A DNA stretch of 64,000 bases from an uncultured virus (IMG/VR IMGVR_UViG_3300032220_001209) (IMGVR_UViG_3300032220_001209), one strand, 5' to 3'. Positions 42,411-51,972 are shown, counted from the first letter of the stretch. Program-made: numbers and translations. The notes: generated by a model not told the origin, from the letters alone.

Positions 42411-43264
42411 AATAATGAGTCCACTGTAAGTTTCAATCCGTCTTTTAAATTAAACAGATACTCGTAGTTTGTTAATCTTAACATTTTAGAAGTATCGGGA
42501 CAACGTCTTTTTGCACTCCCAACAGGTCCTGACATTATTTCAAGTTTGTTGGGATCAACTCCCATAATGTCCATTATAATTCTTGCAACATCACCGATTG
42601 TTACTTCTTCTTGTTTGCCAACATTAACTATTTCGTTGTTAGCATGTTTAACCAAGTGATGAGTGATATTAACTGCATCTTGCACATAACAAAATGATCT
42701 AGTATCATCGCCTTTGAGATAGTATTCTCCTTTGGCTACACGTTCTACAAACTCTGATATGAAATGGTCTTTTTGTCCAGGACCGTATATGTTAAAATAT
42801 CGTATAACCAGCCAAGACAGTCCACTGTTTGCTACTAAGTTTTCACCAAGAGCTTTTGGTAAGCTGTAACTCCATCGAGGATTAGTTATATCTTTAAACA
42901 TCACAGGAACATTTTCGTCTGTGGGAACAGGATACAATCCGTCGTCTATGGCTCCATTGAAAATTTCACATGTGCTAGTGAATACAAATTTTGTATTAGT
43001 TTTGTTGTAACGTTCAATAAGATTAAATGTTGGAATGGTGTTATTAAAAGAAACTTCTGTAGGAATTTCATAAAATAATTTAGTTCCGTTGGTTGCTGCC
43101 ATGTGAATTACCACATCCACATCGGGTAGATTTTTTGTTATTGATTTATCGCAAAGATCCTCACCTAATATTTTATCAACTACGAAAACTTCGTTGTTTT
43201 TTTTAATTAGATTATGGTAATGGCTTCCTATAAAGCCTTTGTGACCAGTTAACAATAGTTTCAT
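42407..43264 (-). CDS. NAD-dependent epimerase/dehydratase (UDP-glucuronate decarboxylase-like)
   Basis: TGHKGFIG, STCE, RWSYSLPK, RYFNIYGP, TRSFCYV, RRCPD. Confidence 0.85.
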   Translation of the reverse strand: MKLLLTGHKGFIGSHYHNLIKKNNEVFVVDKILGEDLCDKSITKNLPDVDVVIHMAATNGTKLFYEIPTEVSFNNTIPTFNLIERYNKTNTKFVFTSTCEIFNGAIDDGLYPVPTDENVPVMFKDITNPRWSYSLPKALGENLVANSGLSWLVIRYFNIYGPGQKDHFISEFVERVAKGEYYLKGDDTRSFCYVQDAVNITHHLVKHANNEIVNVGKQEEVTIGDVARIIMDIMGVDPNKLEIMSGPVGSAKRRCPDTSKMLRLTNYEYLFNLKDGLKLTVDSLL

Positions 43265-43266
43265 TG

Positions 43267-44049
43267 TTATTTTATAATCCTTTGTTGTATCATTTTTTTT
43301 CTTACTTTCTGGCCAGCGTGATCCGATCGTTCTGCCTTGCCAGCTGCTCCTATCCAATGAGTAATATATTCATCTAAAAAAGAAATAGATATTGGCAAAC
43401 TCGTAGGAGGCAAATGCCCAGTGATATCGTGAAAATGTTCTTTACCGGTACGAACCATTGATTCTTCAAAAACTCCAGTATCAGACCAGTCATACAATTT
43501 AAAAGCTTCATTGGTTAAATAAATATTTTTTTGTATTTCAAAAAACTTTTTAGCAACGGGATGATCCAGATTATACACTATTATTCCGGTTTCTACATTC
43601 AGTCGATTGTATTTTGTTTTATTTGGTGATACCCTATCTATTCCAAAGTATCCGCAAAACTTTCCATTCAATGCACAAGTTATTACAGACTCGTCGAGTT
43701 GTTTTTTTATAAGCACATCGGAATCCATCCATACTAAAATGCCAGTGGGATCAGTTTCGTATGCTTCCCATTGAGCAAAAGACTTATGGCTAAATTTTTT
43801 CCATTCTCTGTAATATCCAGGTGGTTGCAAATCTCTAGGTATTGAACTGGGAATTTTTTCAGCTTCGGCAAACCATGAATACTTGTCTTTGGTTGGAATT
43901 GATTTGGTATACTTTATTCCCAACTCCGGAGTGTCGTGCAACCATAATTCCCAATCACTGGGAATAAATTTTTCCCAAAACTTTACGGTGTATTGTCCTG
44001 TGTAATCCCAATATTCTTGACTTAATGTTGTTAAAATTTTTATTTTCAT
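43267..44049 (-). CDS. GT-A glycosyltransferase (paralog of the 34436 ORF)
   Basis: KFSHKS, WMDSD, ETG, WSD. Confidence 0.65.
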   Translation of the reverse strand: MKIKILTTLSQEYWDYTGQYTVKFWEKFIPSDWELWLHDTPELGIKYTKSIPTKDKYSWFAEAEKIPSSIPRDLQPPGYYREWKKFSHKSFAQWEAYETDPTGILVWMDSDVLIKKQLDESVITCALNGKFCGYFGIDRVSPNKTKYNRLNVETGIIVYNLDHPVAKKFFEIQKNIYLTNEAFKLYDWSDTGVFEESMVRTGKEHFHDITGHLPPTSLPISISFLDEYITHWIGAAGKAERSDHAGQKVRKKMIQQRIIK

Positions 44050-44640
44050 TTATACGACCCTTATTTCTGCACTGATATGTTTTTTATGTTTGCTTAAAAT
44101 TTTTAATATTTCAATACTATTATCGTTGTAAAAGATTTCTTTAGTTTTTAAATGTAGCCTAATGTCTAAAAATATTCTTGTATTTTCATGCGAATGCTCC
44201 AATATCAAATCTTTATATGTGCTGGCTGGATAATGAAATCCACACGATAGCCAGGAAGTAATTACATCAAATTTTTTATCTTTTGGAATTGAAATATTAT
44301 TAACATCGATTAAATTATAATTTTTAGTTTCTTTAGCATCGAGTTGTTCTTTAAGCCAGGATATTGGATGATAAAATAAAAACTCATTAGGATTAACATG
44401 ATAGCCGTCTTCGCTAACTAGCTCTGATGTATTTGTATTCAAAGATGTGTCACCGTCTAACAACCATAACTCTGTTCCGTATTTGTTGTTAAACATTCTA
44501 GATTCCCATGCTAGTCCACACCCAATATCTAATATTGAGATCGGCGGATTTTTTAATTCGGTATCGAGCAGATCAAAATTTAATTTTTTTACTGCTTGAT
44601 ATTCCGGTGTACTCCACTCCCCCGATAACCATTTTGACAT
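44050..44640 (-). CDS. class I SAM methyltransferase
   Basis: ILDIGCG, FDVITS..SCGFHYP. Confidence 0.75.
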   Translation of the reverse strand: MSKWLSGEWSTPEYQAVKKLNFDLLDTELKNPPISILDIGCGLAWESRMFNNKYGTELWLLDGDTSLNTNTSELVSEDGYHVNPNEFLFYHPISWLKEQLDAKETKNYNLIDVNNISIPKDKKFDVITSWLSCGFHYPASTYKDLILEHSHENTRIFLDIRLHLKTKEIFYNDNSIEILKILSKHKKHISAEIRVV

Positions 44641-44643
44641 GCC

Positions 44644-44994
44644 TTATTTGCTCCCTATATATCCAACAGTTTCTCTTTTAATGTCGTCATGGTCAAATTC
44701 TGCCCAATATAGTTCAAAGGCCACTGTGTCTTCCACTGCCTCAAATTGATGATATTCACCGGGAGCAACTTTGGTATACTGACCCGCTGTCAATACCGTT
44801 TCGTCTATGAGATCATAATTGTTCTTCCACACTCGGATAATCATCTTGCCGGACTCCACAAAGAATCCGTTCCACTTGTATTTGTGAGTGTGTTTGGAAC
44901 ACGTGCCTCCGGCTTTGGCCTCAATGCGATGAAATTCCAGTACTCCATTGGCCTCCAGCAATTCTGTTTTGCCCCATACTTTTCCTGCTATCAT
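44644..44994 (-). CDS. cupin-domain protein
   Basis: KVWG, CSKHTH, PGEYHQF; SD AGGAG. Confidence 0.75.
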   Translation of the reverse strand: MIAGKVWGKTELLEANGVLEFHRIEAKAGGTCSKHTHKYKWNGFFVESGKMIIRVWKNNYDLIDETVLTAGQYTKVAPGEYHQFEAVEDTVAFELYWAEFDHDDIKRETVGYIGSK

Positions 44995-45045
44995 GATGTA
45001 TTCACTCCTGTTGATTTGGTATTAAATACTCACATATTTATCCAT

Positions 45046-45888
45046 ATGAAATTTGGTTTGTTTAAAAAACACGGTGCACTTAACAGTGCAGATATTTTCT
45101 ACTATGTGGCAGACGGTTTGCAACAGCTGGGTCACACTGTGACATATGACACTGTGGAAGACGTGGATGTGCCTGTGATATGGTCACTGTTGTGGCATGG
45201 TAGAATGCAAGGCAATCACGCCATCTATCAATCATTCAGAAGTCGTGGTAAGAATGTGCTGGTATTGGAAGTGGGCGGCATACAAAGAAATGTCACTTGG
45301 AAAGTGGCACTGAATGGCATCAATCGTGCTGCTGATTTTGGTTCAGGTGAGATGGATTCCGATAGACCCAACAAATTAAAATTAAAATTAAAACCTTGGC
45401 GCACTGATGGTGAACACATTTTAATTTGTGCTCAACACAATAAAAGTGAGCAGTGGCGAGATATGCCTACATTGGAACGTTGGTTGCACAACACCATAAT
45501 GGAAATCCGTAAACATTCCCAAAGACCCATTGTGATCAGACCGCATCCGCGTTGTCCCGTTAGAGACAATTTTAAAATGTTTGGTGATGTGAGTATCCAG
45601 AATCCTGTGCAATTGGACAACACCTATGACGATTTCAATTTGAATTTTCGAAATTGTTGGGCAGTGATCAGTTGGAGCAGTAATCCTGGACCACAAGCAG
45701 TGATTGCAGGCATACCAGCTTTTGTGGGCGCTGATAGTTTGGCTTATGATGTGGCCAATCATGATTTGGCAAACATTGAAACACCCCTCATGCCTGATCG
45801 TGAGAATTGGTTGGTGAATTATGCTCACACTGAGTGGACTGTGGATGAAATCAGATCTGGTATTCCGTTTAAACGCTTGACTTTCTAA
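45046..45888 (+). CDS. putative glycosyltransferase (paralog 5)
   Basis: GEHILICAQ, IRPHP, SSNP..AGIP, W..YA..EWT..E..G. Confidence 0.55.
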   Translation: MKFGLFKKHGALNSADIFYYVADGLQQLGHTVTYDTVEDVDVPVIWSLLWHGRMQGNHAIYQSFRSRGKNVLVLEVGGIQRNVTWKVALNGINRAADFGSGEMDSDRPNKLKLKLKPWRTDGEHILICAQHNKSEQWRDMPTLERWLHNTIMEIRKHSQRPIVIRPHPRCPVRDNFKMFGDVSIQNPVQLDNTYDDFNLNFRNCWAVISWSSNPGPQAVIAGIPAFVGADSLAYDVANHDLANIETPLMPDRENWLVNYAHTEWTVDEIRSGIPFKRLTF

Positions 45889-45905
45889 TATCTGCCGCAT
45901 ATAAT
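45877..45905 (+). promoter_or_regulatory. sigma70-type promoter
   Basis: TTGACT-17nt-TATAAT. Confidence 0.8.
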
Positions 45906-45911
45906 TAGCGT

Positions 45912-47213
45912 ATGCTAATTTCTGAAAAATTACCCATGATATACACAGTGGAAGACTGTCTGGAAATCATGACAGGTTACAGTGAAATTTTGGTATCTCC
46001 TCCCTTTGAGTTATTGGAGCGTGATAAAAAAATATTACAAAGTATTGCTTCCAAAACTTTTAAAGGTGTGGGTTTGACTGACAGACAATTGGCTGTGGTG
46101 AAAAAAATACTCTTATCCAATTACGCTTTACAATTTGCGGACAAAGGCATTGATCTGTTTAAATCTTTGGAACAATTGAGAGGTCCTTTGCGTGAGTTGG
46201 ATCGATCTACCTTTATAAAAATTAAAAAAGTCAGCGATGTACCTCAATTGAACGAAGTGATCAATCGCGGTAACTTTGGCAGTGAGCATAAAGTGATCAT
46301 TCTACGTTTTCCTTTTAATATGTCCTATGCACGTTTGGTGAACGATATAAAGAAAAAATTCAGCTATGACAGTAGATATCTTAACTACGATAATCATTAT
46401 CTTTTTCCTTATGAAGAAAAATATGTGTATCACCTGGTGCACAGTTTTCAAAGTAAAATTAAAGACATTGATCCTGAACTGATCACTGCGTATGACAAGA
46501 TCTGTAAAATCAAAGAGAATTCCAATCAATATATTCCTGGCATCTATGATTATGAGATACGCAATGTACCTAAAGAATTCGTAAACTTTTTACATCAAGA
46601 CATTGGTGTGCCCAGCAAAGAAAATTTGTATCTGTACAAAGATCGCTGCAAGGCGTTATCATTGGAACATTTGGATCAAACTGCTGTGCAGGAATCTTTG
46701 AAAAGCATAGACATCCTCAGTCAAAAGATTGCATCTAGGAACTCATTCATAGTGAATATCAACAGAGAAAAATGGACATTGGATCAGGTCATAAGATCCT
46801 TGCACACACTACATAGATTTCCTCTATTGGTAGTGTTGAACGAAAAAAACGCATTGGATGATTATCATGAAATATTTGTCAAATTAAGATTGTTATATCC
46901 TTCATCTGCACATGCTGTGATGTTTAGATTGCCCAATCAAGGTGTAAAAAATATTGAGTTCAATCAGCGTGTAACTGAAGATCGTACCAATAATTCGATT
47001 GATGAAAACACAAAAATAGTTTATATTAATCATAAACGTGTGCCCAAACCACTGATCAAATCCCGTTGGCAAGCTAGAGCTGTTATCAGTGTAAGAAGTG
47101 AAAGAGAACACAATCAAGTGCAGAATTTTCTTGAACCGTATGATCTGATCATACAGTATGACAGAGAAGAAAGTCCTTGGAACATGTGGCATCACGAAAT
47201 GGAAATCATATAA
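45912..47213 (+). CDS. hypothetical protein
   Basis: 433-aa ORF directly after the promoter, upstream of uvsW. Confidence 0.6.
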   Translation: MLISEKLPMIYTVEDCLEIMTGYSEILVSPPFELLERDKKILQSIASKTFKGVGLTDRQLAVVKKILLSNYALQFADKGIDLFKSLEQLRGPLRELDRSTFIKIKKVSDVPQLNEVINRGNFGSEHKVIILRFPFNMSYARLVNDIKKKFSYDSRYLNYDNHYLFPYEEKYVYHLVHSFQSKIKDIDPELITAYDKICKIKENSNQYIPGIYDYEIRNVPKEFVNFLHQDIGVPSKENLYLYKDRCKALSLEHLDQTAVQESLKSIDILSQKIASRNSFIVNINREKWTLDQVIRSLHTLHRFPLLVVLNEKNALDDYHEIFVKLRLLYPSSAHAVMFRLPNQGVKNIEFNQRVTEDRTNNSIDENTKIVYINHKRVPKPLIKSRWQARAVISVRSEREHNQVQNFLEPYDLIIQYDREESPWNMWHHEMEII

Positions 47214-47214
47214 T

Positions 47215-48672
47215 ATGAGCAGATGTAAAATTATAATCCAGGACGAAGTGAATGTAAAAATTGATGGACTAGATGTGGACATCAGAAGAAAGATTGCCAA
47301 CAAATTAAAATGGGCAGTGCCATATGCTAGATATCTACCACAATACAAATTAGGCAGATGGGATGGCAAAGTGGGATTCTTTGGATTGGGTGGCAATGGC
47401 TATGTGAACCATTTGGATGTGATCATACAATTGTTGAATGATTATGGCATAGAAATTGAAGAAATTGTTGATAACAGAAAAAAAGTAGATCTCAAGTTCA
47501 ACAAGATAGACAAGAACTTTTTTGGAGACAAGACTTGGCCCAAAGGACACATTATGGAAGGTCAAAAAATTGAATTGAGAGATTATCAAGTAGAGGTAGT
47601 GAATAATTTTTTAGAAAATCCACAATCATTGCAAGAAGTAGCCACTGGAGCAGGTAAGACCATTATCACTGCTTGTTTGTCCAAGTTGTGTGAACCATTT
47701 GGCAGAACCATAGTAGTGGTGCCCAACAAAGGATTGGTCACGCAAACAGAAGAAGATTATATCAATTGTGGATTGGATGTGGGAGTGTATTTCGGAGACA
47801 GAAAAGAACTGAATCACACACATACCATTTGTACTTGGCAATCATTGAATGTGTTGGATAAGAAAACCAAAGATGGTGATGCTGTGGTCACACTGGCTGA
47901 GTTTCTAGATGGAGTTAATACCATTATTATAGATGAAGTGCATCAAGCCAAAGCAGAAGTTTTAAAAAAACTGCTCACACACAATTTAAGAAATGCTGCC
48001 ATACGTTGGGGACTCACGGGTACTATTCCCAAAGAACAGTTTGAGTTTCAATCCATATTGGCCAGCATTGGTCCTGTGATCAATCAAATATCTGCCAAAG
48101 AGTTACAAGACAAAGGAGTACTGTCACAGTGTCATGTGAACGTGGTACAGCTGGTGGACACAGTGGTACATAGAAATTATCAAGAAGAATTAAAATATCT
48201 TATGACCCATGAACCACGTATGAAATTTTTATCCAAGATGTTGTTGAGAATCAAAGAATCCGGCAACACATTAATATTGGTGGATAGATTGGCAGCAGGT
48301 GAAATGTTACAAAAATTAATACCAGATTCAGTGTTCATACAAGGGGAAATGAAACTGGCTGAGCGTAAAGAGGAGTATGATCAGATATCCAATTCAACCA
48401 ATAAAGTTTTAATTGCCACCTATGGTGTGGCTTCTGTGGGGATCAATATCCCAAGAATCTTTAATCTAGTTTTAATTGAACCTGGCAAGAGCTTTGTGAG
48501 AGTGATACAGAGCATTGGCAGAGGCATCCGTAAGGCACAAGACAAAGACTTTGTACAGATTTGGGACATAACGTCCAGCTGTAAATTTGCCAAAAGGCAC
48601 TTAACCCAAAGGAAAAAGTTTTACAAAGAAGCAAACTATCCTTTCACAATGGAAAAAATGGAGTGGAATTAA
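47215..48672 (+). CDS. uvsW: SF2 DNA helicase
   Basis: LRDYQ, ATGAGKT, DEVH, GLTGT, QSIGRGIR. Confidence 0.9.
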   Translation: MSRCKIIIQDEVNVKIDGLDVDIRRKIANKLKWAVPYARYLPQYKLGRWDGKVGFFGLGGNGYVNHLDVIIQLLNDYGIEIEEIVDNRKKVDLKFNKIDKNFFGDKTWPKGHIMEGQKIELRDYQVEVVNNFLENPQSLQEVATGAGKTIITACLSKLCEPFGRTIVVVPNKGLVTQTEEDYINCGLDVGVYFGDRKELNHTHTICTWQSLNVLDKKTKDGDAVVTLAEFLDGVNTIIIDEVHQAKAEVLKKLLTHNLRNAAIRWGLTGTIPKEQFEFQSILASIGPVINQISAKELQDKGVLSQCHVNVVQLVDTVVHRNYQEELKYLMTHEPRMKFLSKMLLRIKESGNTLILVDRLAAGEMLQKLIPDSVFIQGEMKLAERKEEYDQISNSTNKVLIATYGVASVGINIPRIFNLVLIEPGKSFVRVIQSIGRGIRKAQDKDFVQIWDITSSCKFAKRHLTQRKKFYKEANYPFTMEKMEWN

Positions 48673-48676
48673 AATT

Positions 48677-49183
48677 ATGAGAATATTAACAGTGGATAAT
48701 AATACTTTCTTGCTATCCAAAATGCCTAATCAAATCACCGAAGACATCAGTTTCAGTGTGCTGGACAACAGCAATCCCAAAGAGCCTGATTTCTTTTTTA
48801 TGCCTTTGATTTTTATTGAAAGTTTTTCAAGCCCAGCCATAGTGTTGGAAATTGGAGGGCACGAAATCAGTATGCCTTTGGACTGGAGTGTGGCCGTGGG
48901 AGATTCAGAAAGCGGTTATGATCTACAGATCATTCCTCTGACCAGTCTCAGCGACAGAGGTTTCGAAGCATTCAGCCTTAATCCATTATCGGGATTCAGA
49001 CCTGAATTTTTAAATATCAATGTGATTAATTTTTACAATGATGTGAAATGGTACTTTCCCAAGGTTAAAAACAATCAATTGATCACAACTCCTTTGACTG
49101 ATTTGCCCAAATCCAAATGCGTATTTTTTATCAAAGACGTGAGTAGACAATGCGAAAGTATTGATCATTCGTTGTTATACTAA
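48677..49183 (+). CDS. hypothetical protein
   Basis: ORF tiling within the operon. Confidence 0.6.
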   Translation: MRILTVDNNTFLLSKMPNQITEDISFSVLDNSNPKEPDFFFMPLIFIESFSSPAIVLEIGGHEISMPLDWSVAVGDSESGYDLQIIPLTSLSDRGFEAFSLNPLSGFRPEFLNINVINFYNDVKWYFPKVKNNQLITTPLTDLPKSKCVFFIKDVSRQCESIDHSLLY

Positions 49184-49335
49184 TGACCAAAGTTAAAAAG
49201 AGAAAAACAAAAGAAATAGAAAAGGAAGAACCAATCATATTGTTGCCCAAACATGACGAAGAAGAGCAGCGAGATCTGTCATGGATGATACAAGATAATG
49301 ATATAAAAGAAGATAAAGATGGAAAAAAGATTTAG
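49183..49335 (+). CDS. small charged hypothetical protein (50 aa; not in ORF track)
   Basis: MTKVKKRKTKEIE...DGKKI*; TAATG-coupled and fills the gap. Confidence 0.5.
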   Translation: MTKVKKRKTKEIEKEEPIILLPKHDEEEQRDLSWMIQDNDIKEDKDGKKI

Positions 49336-49585
49336 ATATAAACCAGGAATAGCTTATTCACATGAATCCCCCGATGGCGGAGCCACTGTGTATGCTAGAG
49401 AAATTGGCAAACAAAACAGACATTTGGTTTACAGAAGTGAGGATTCTTTGATTGATGAAGAAAGTCAAATTAGAAGTCAATACATCACTCCTGACGCCGT
49501 CAAGTTGTGTAGGCAAAACAAAGGATTGCAAAAAGCATGGGAAAAGTATATAGTGCTATTGAGATTATCAGGATTCGATGACTAA
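49319..49585 (+). CDS. hypothetical protein
   Basis: ESPDGGATVYAR motif; operon tiling. Confidence 0.6.
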   Translation: MEKRFRYKPGIAYSHESPDGGATVYAREIGKQNRHLVYRSEDSLIDEESQIRSQYITPDAVKLCRQNKGLQKAWEKYIVLLRLSGFDD

Positions 49586-50048
49586 CAAATTACCATTAAA
49601 AGACATACTGGCAGCCATAGATATGAATGCCAAAAATGTTTGGGATGAGCTGTCTGATGATGAACAGAAACAGGTGAGTTTCTTTTTGTTGAACAGATAT
49701 GCCAGTGCCGTGAAAGGCAACAATACTCAAAAAGAATTGGCCATATTCAAAACCAACGAGTATTACAATAAAAACTTTTTCACCATACAAAAACACAAAA
49801 AGTTATTATGGTTTTTACTTTGCATGACAGCCAATGAAAAGAAAGAAATTAGATATCACGAATGGATAGGTTACAAACTCAAAGATGCTGGTGCTCAAAA
49901 CAAAGCAGTAAAGTTCTTAAAAGCATTATATCCCAACATGAAAGAAGATGAGATTGAAATGTTAGCCAAGATCAACAGCAAAGAAGAACTGAAAGAATTG
50001 GCTGAATCATATGGCATGGACAAAACAGAAATTAAAAAAACATTATGA
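49578..50048 (+). CDS. clamp-loader small subunit (gp62-like), putative
   Basis: ILAAID..K, FLLNRYAS, N..F, H..L.W; replication-gene context. Confidence 0.5.
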   Translation: MTNKLPLKDILAAIDMNAKNVWDELSDDEQKQVSFFLLNRYASAVKGNNTQKELAIFKTNEYYNKNFFTIQKHKKLLWFLLCMTANEKKEIRYHEWIGYKLKDAGAQNKAVKFLKALYPNMKEDEIEMLAKINSKEELKELAESYGMDKTEIKKTL

Positions 50049-50728
50049 TTGAACGACCTTATACATGTCAATACTGTGATACCAGTTATACCAAAGAAAA
50101 AACATTGGCAGTGCATCTGTGTGAACAGAAAAGAAGACATTTGCAAAAAGATGAACGCCGAGTTCAATTGGGTTACATGACATTTGTAAGATTCTATCAA
50201 ATATCTCAAAAATTAGATGGCACAAAAACATATGAAGAATTTTGTAAATCTCCTTACTACAACGCATTTGTTAAATTTGGATCATTTGTGTCCAATGTGA
50301 AACCATTGTATCCAGAAAATTATATTGATTATGTGATCAAGAGTGGAGTCAAATTGGATCATTGGTGTAGAGAAGAACTGTATGAAAAGTATGTGTTGGA
50401 ATTAATATTGAAAGAATCCATGGAACCTGCTGTGGAAAGGTCCATTAAAAATATGATGGATTGGGCTGACAATCACAGTGCTGATTGGAAAGACTATTTT
50501 AGATACGTGAGTTTGCCCCGAGCAGTGTATGATATCAAAGACGGCAAAATTTCTCCTTGGTTAATATTAAACAGTAACTCAGGCAAAGAAATGATGAGCA
50601 AATTTAGCAATGAACAACTGACCATGTTGTATCATGTGATAAACCCTGAGCATTGGTCACTTAAATTCAAAAGACATCCAGCAGATGTGGAAATGATCAA
50701 AGAAATAATCAAAGAAGCCAAACTTTAA
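50045..50728 (+). CDS. hypothetical protein with an N-terminal Zn finger
   Basis: YTCQYC...LAVHLC. Confidence 0.6.
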   Translation: MIERPYTCQYCDTSYTKEKTLAVHLCEQKRRHLQKDERRVQLGYMTFVRFYQISQKLDGTKTYEEFCKSPYYNAFVKFGSFVSNVKPLYPENYIDYVIKSGVKLDHWCREELYEKYVLELILKESMEPAVERSIKNMMDWADNHSADWKDYFRYVSLPRAVYDIKDGKISPWLILNSNSGKEMMSKFSNEQLTMLYHVINPEHWSLKFKRHPADVEMIKEIIKEAKL

Positions 50729-50914
50729 ATGAAATCAAAAAAAGTTGATTATAAATCAAAAAGATTTTGTCATGTGTGTAAAAAGATTACTCCACACGAG
50801 CCAGATGCCAGCACAGCTATCACTTATTACGGAAAAACTCCGCATGTTCCTTGGCAATGTACCATTTGTTATCCTACCTCTCTTGACAAACTGTACCCTA
50901 AGGAGTTAAAATAA
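50729..50914 (+). CDS. small Zn-ribbon protein
   Basis: CHVC...H...CTIC. Confidence 0.55.
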   Translation: MKSKKVDYKSKRFCHVCKKITPHEPDASTAITYYGKTPHVPWQCTICYPTSLDKLYPKELK

Positions 50915-50917
50915 ACT

Positions 50918-51481
50918 ATGCCCGATATTGATATAGACTTTGCTGATAGAACTGTAGTGTTGGAAAAATTCAAACACAGAGTTGCTAAATTGGAAACTGG
51001 TAAGAAACACAACACTGGAATTTACTTCACAGAAGTACCTCACAATCCTGTGGATAATATGTCCACGCTCAATTATGAAGAAGCTGAAAACAGAGGATAT
51101 TTTAAAATAGATTTTTTAAATGTAAACATTTATAAAAACATAAAGAATGAAGAACATTTGAAAGAACTAATGAATAAAGAACCCATTTGGGAATTATTAG
51201 AAGAAAAAGATTTTGTGGATCAATTGTTTCATGTGAATGGACATGTGGAAATTTTACAAAAATTAAAACCTAAAAATATAGAACAACTAGCAGCAGTGTT
51301 GGCTATTATAAGACCAGCCAAAAGATATCTGTTAAATAACAGTTGGAAAGAAATCATGGAACAAGTATGGGTTAAACCATCTGATGATTCTTATTTTTTT
51401 AAAAAATCTCATGCAACATCATACGCAGTAGCGGTGATAGTACACATGAATTTAATTTGTGAAAACTTGCATTCAGAATGA
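50918..51481 (+). CDS. miniature DNA polymerase III alpha (DnaE)-like catalytic core
   Basis: MPDIDIDF, KHNTG, FKIDFL, IIRP, FKKSHATSYA. Confidence 0.8.
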   Translation: MPDIDIDFADRTVVLEKFKHRVAKLETGKKHNTGIYFTEVPHNPVDNMSTLNYEEAENRGYFKIDFLNVNIYKNIKNEEHLKELMNKEPIWELLEEKDFVDQLFHVNGHVEILQKLKPKNIEQLAAVLAIIRPAKRYLLNNSWKEIMEQVWVKPSDDSYFFKKSHATSYAVAVIVHMNLICENLHSE

Positions 51482-51972
51482 AAACTAATAGATTAAATGT
51501 TCCTGTGACTATTCAATGGGAAGGAAAAACCAATAGAAAACATTTTTTAAAATATCTAATTGAAAAAAATAATTTTAAAACAATAGCTGAAGTGGGAGTA
51601 CGAGATGGTCGAACTACTTTTCATCTATTGGATCATATTCCAGATTTAACCATTTACGCTATTGATATGAGTATTAAAGAATTTTACAACAAAGAAGTTG
51701 CTGATCGATACAAGAATAGATTAATACCTATAGAAGCCATAAGTGAAGTAGCAGCAGACAGAATAGCTGATAACAGTTTGGATTTAGTTTTTATAGATGC
51801 TAATCATAGTTATGAATATGTTAAAAAAGATATTATTAAATACACTCCTAAACTTAAACAAAATGGTCTGTTGACTGGACATGACATTGATTATCCTGGT
51901 GTAAATCGAGCAGTGAATGAAATGATCGTGAACTATGATGTAGGACCTAATTATGTGTGGATTAAAAAATGA
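51478..51972 (+). CDS. class I SAM methyltransferase (Methyltransf_24-like)
   Basis: EVGVRDG, FIDANHSY, GHD. Confidence 0.8.
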   Translation: MKTNRLNVPVTIQWEGKTNRKHFLKYLIEKNNFKTIAEVGVRDGRTTFHLLDHIPDLTIYAIDMSIKEFYNKEVADRYKNRLIPIEAISEVAADRIADNSLDLVFIDANHSYEYVKKDIIKYTPKLKQNGLLTGHDIDYPGVNRAVNEMIVNYDVGPNYVWIKK

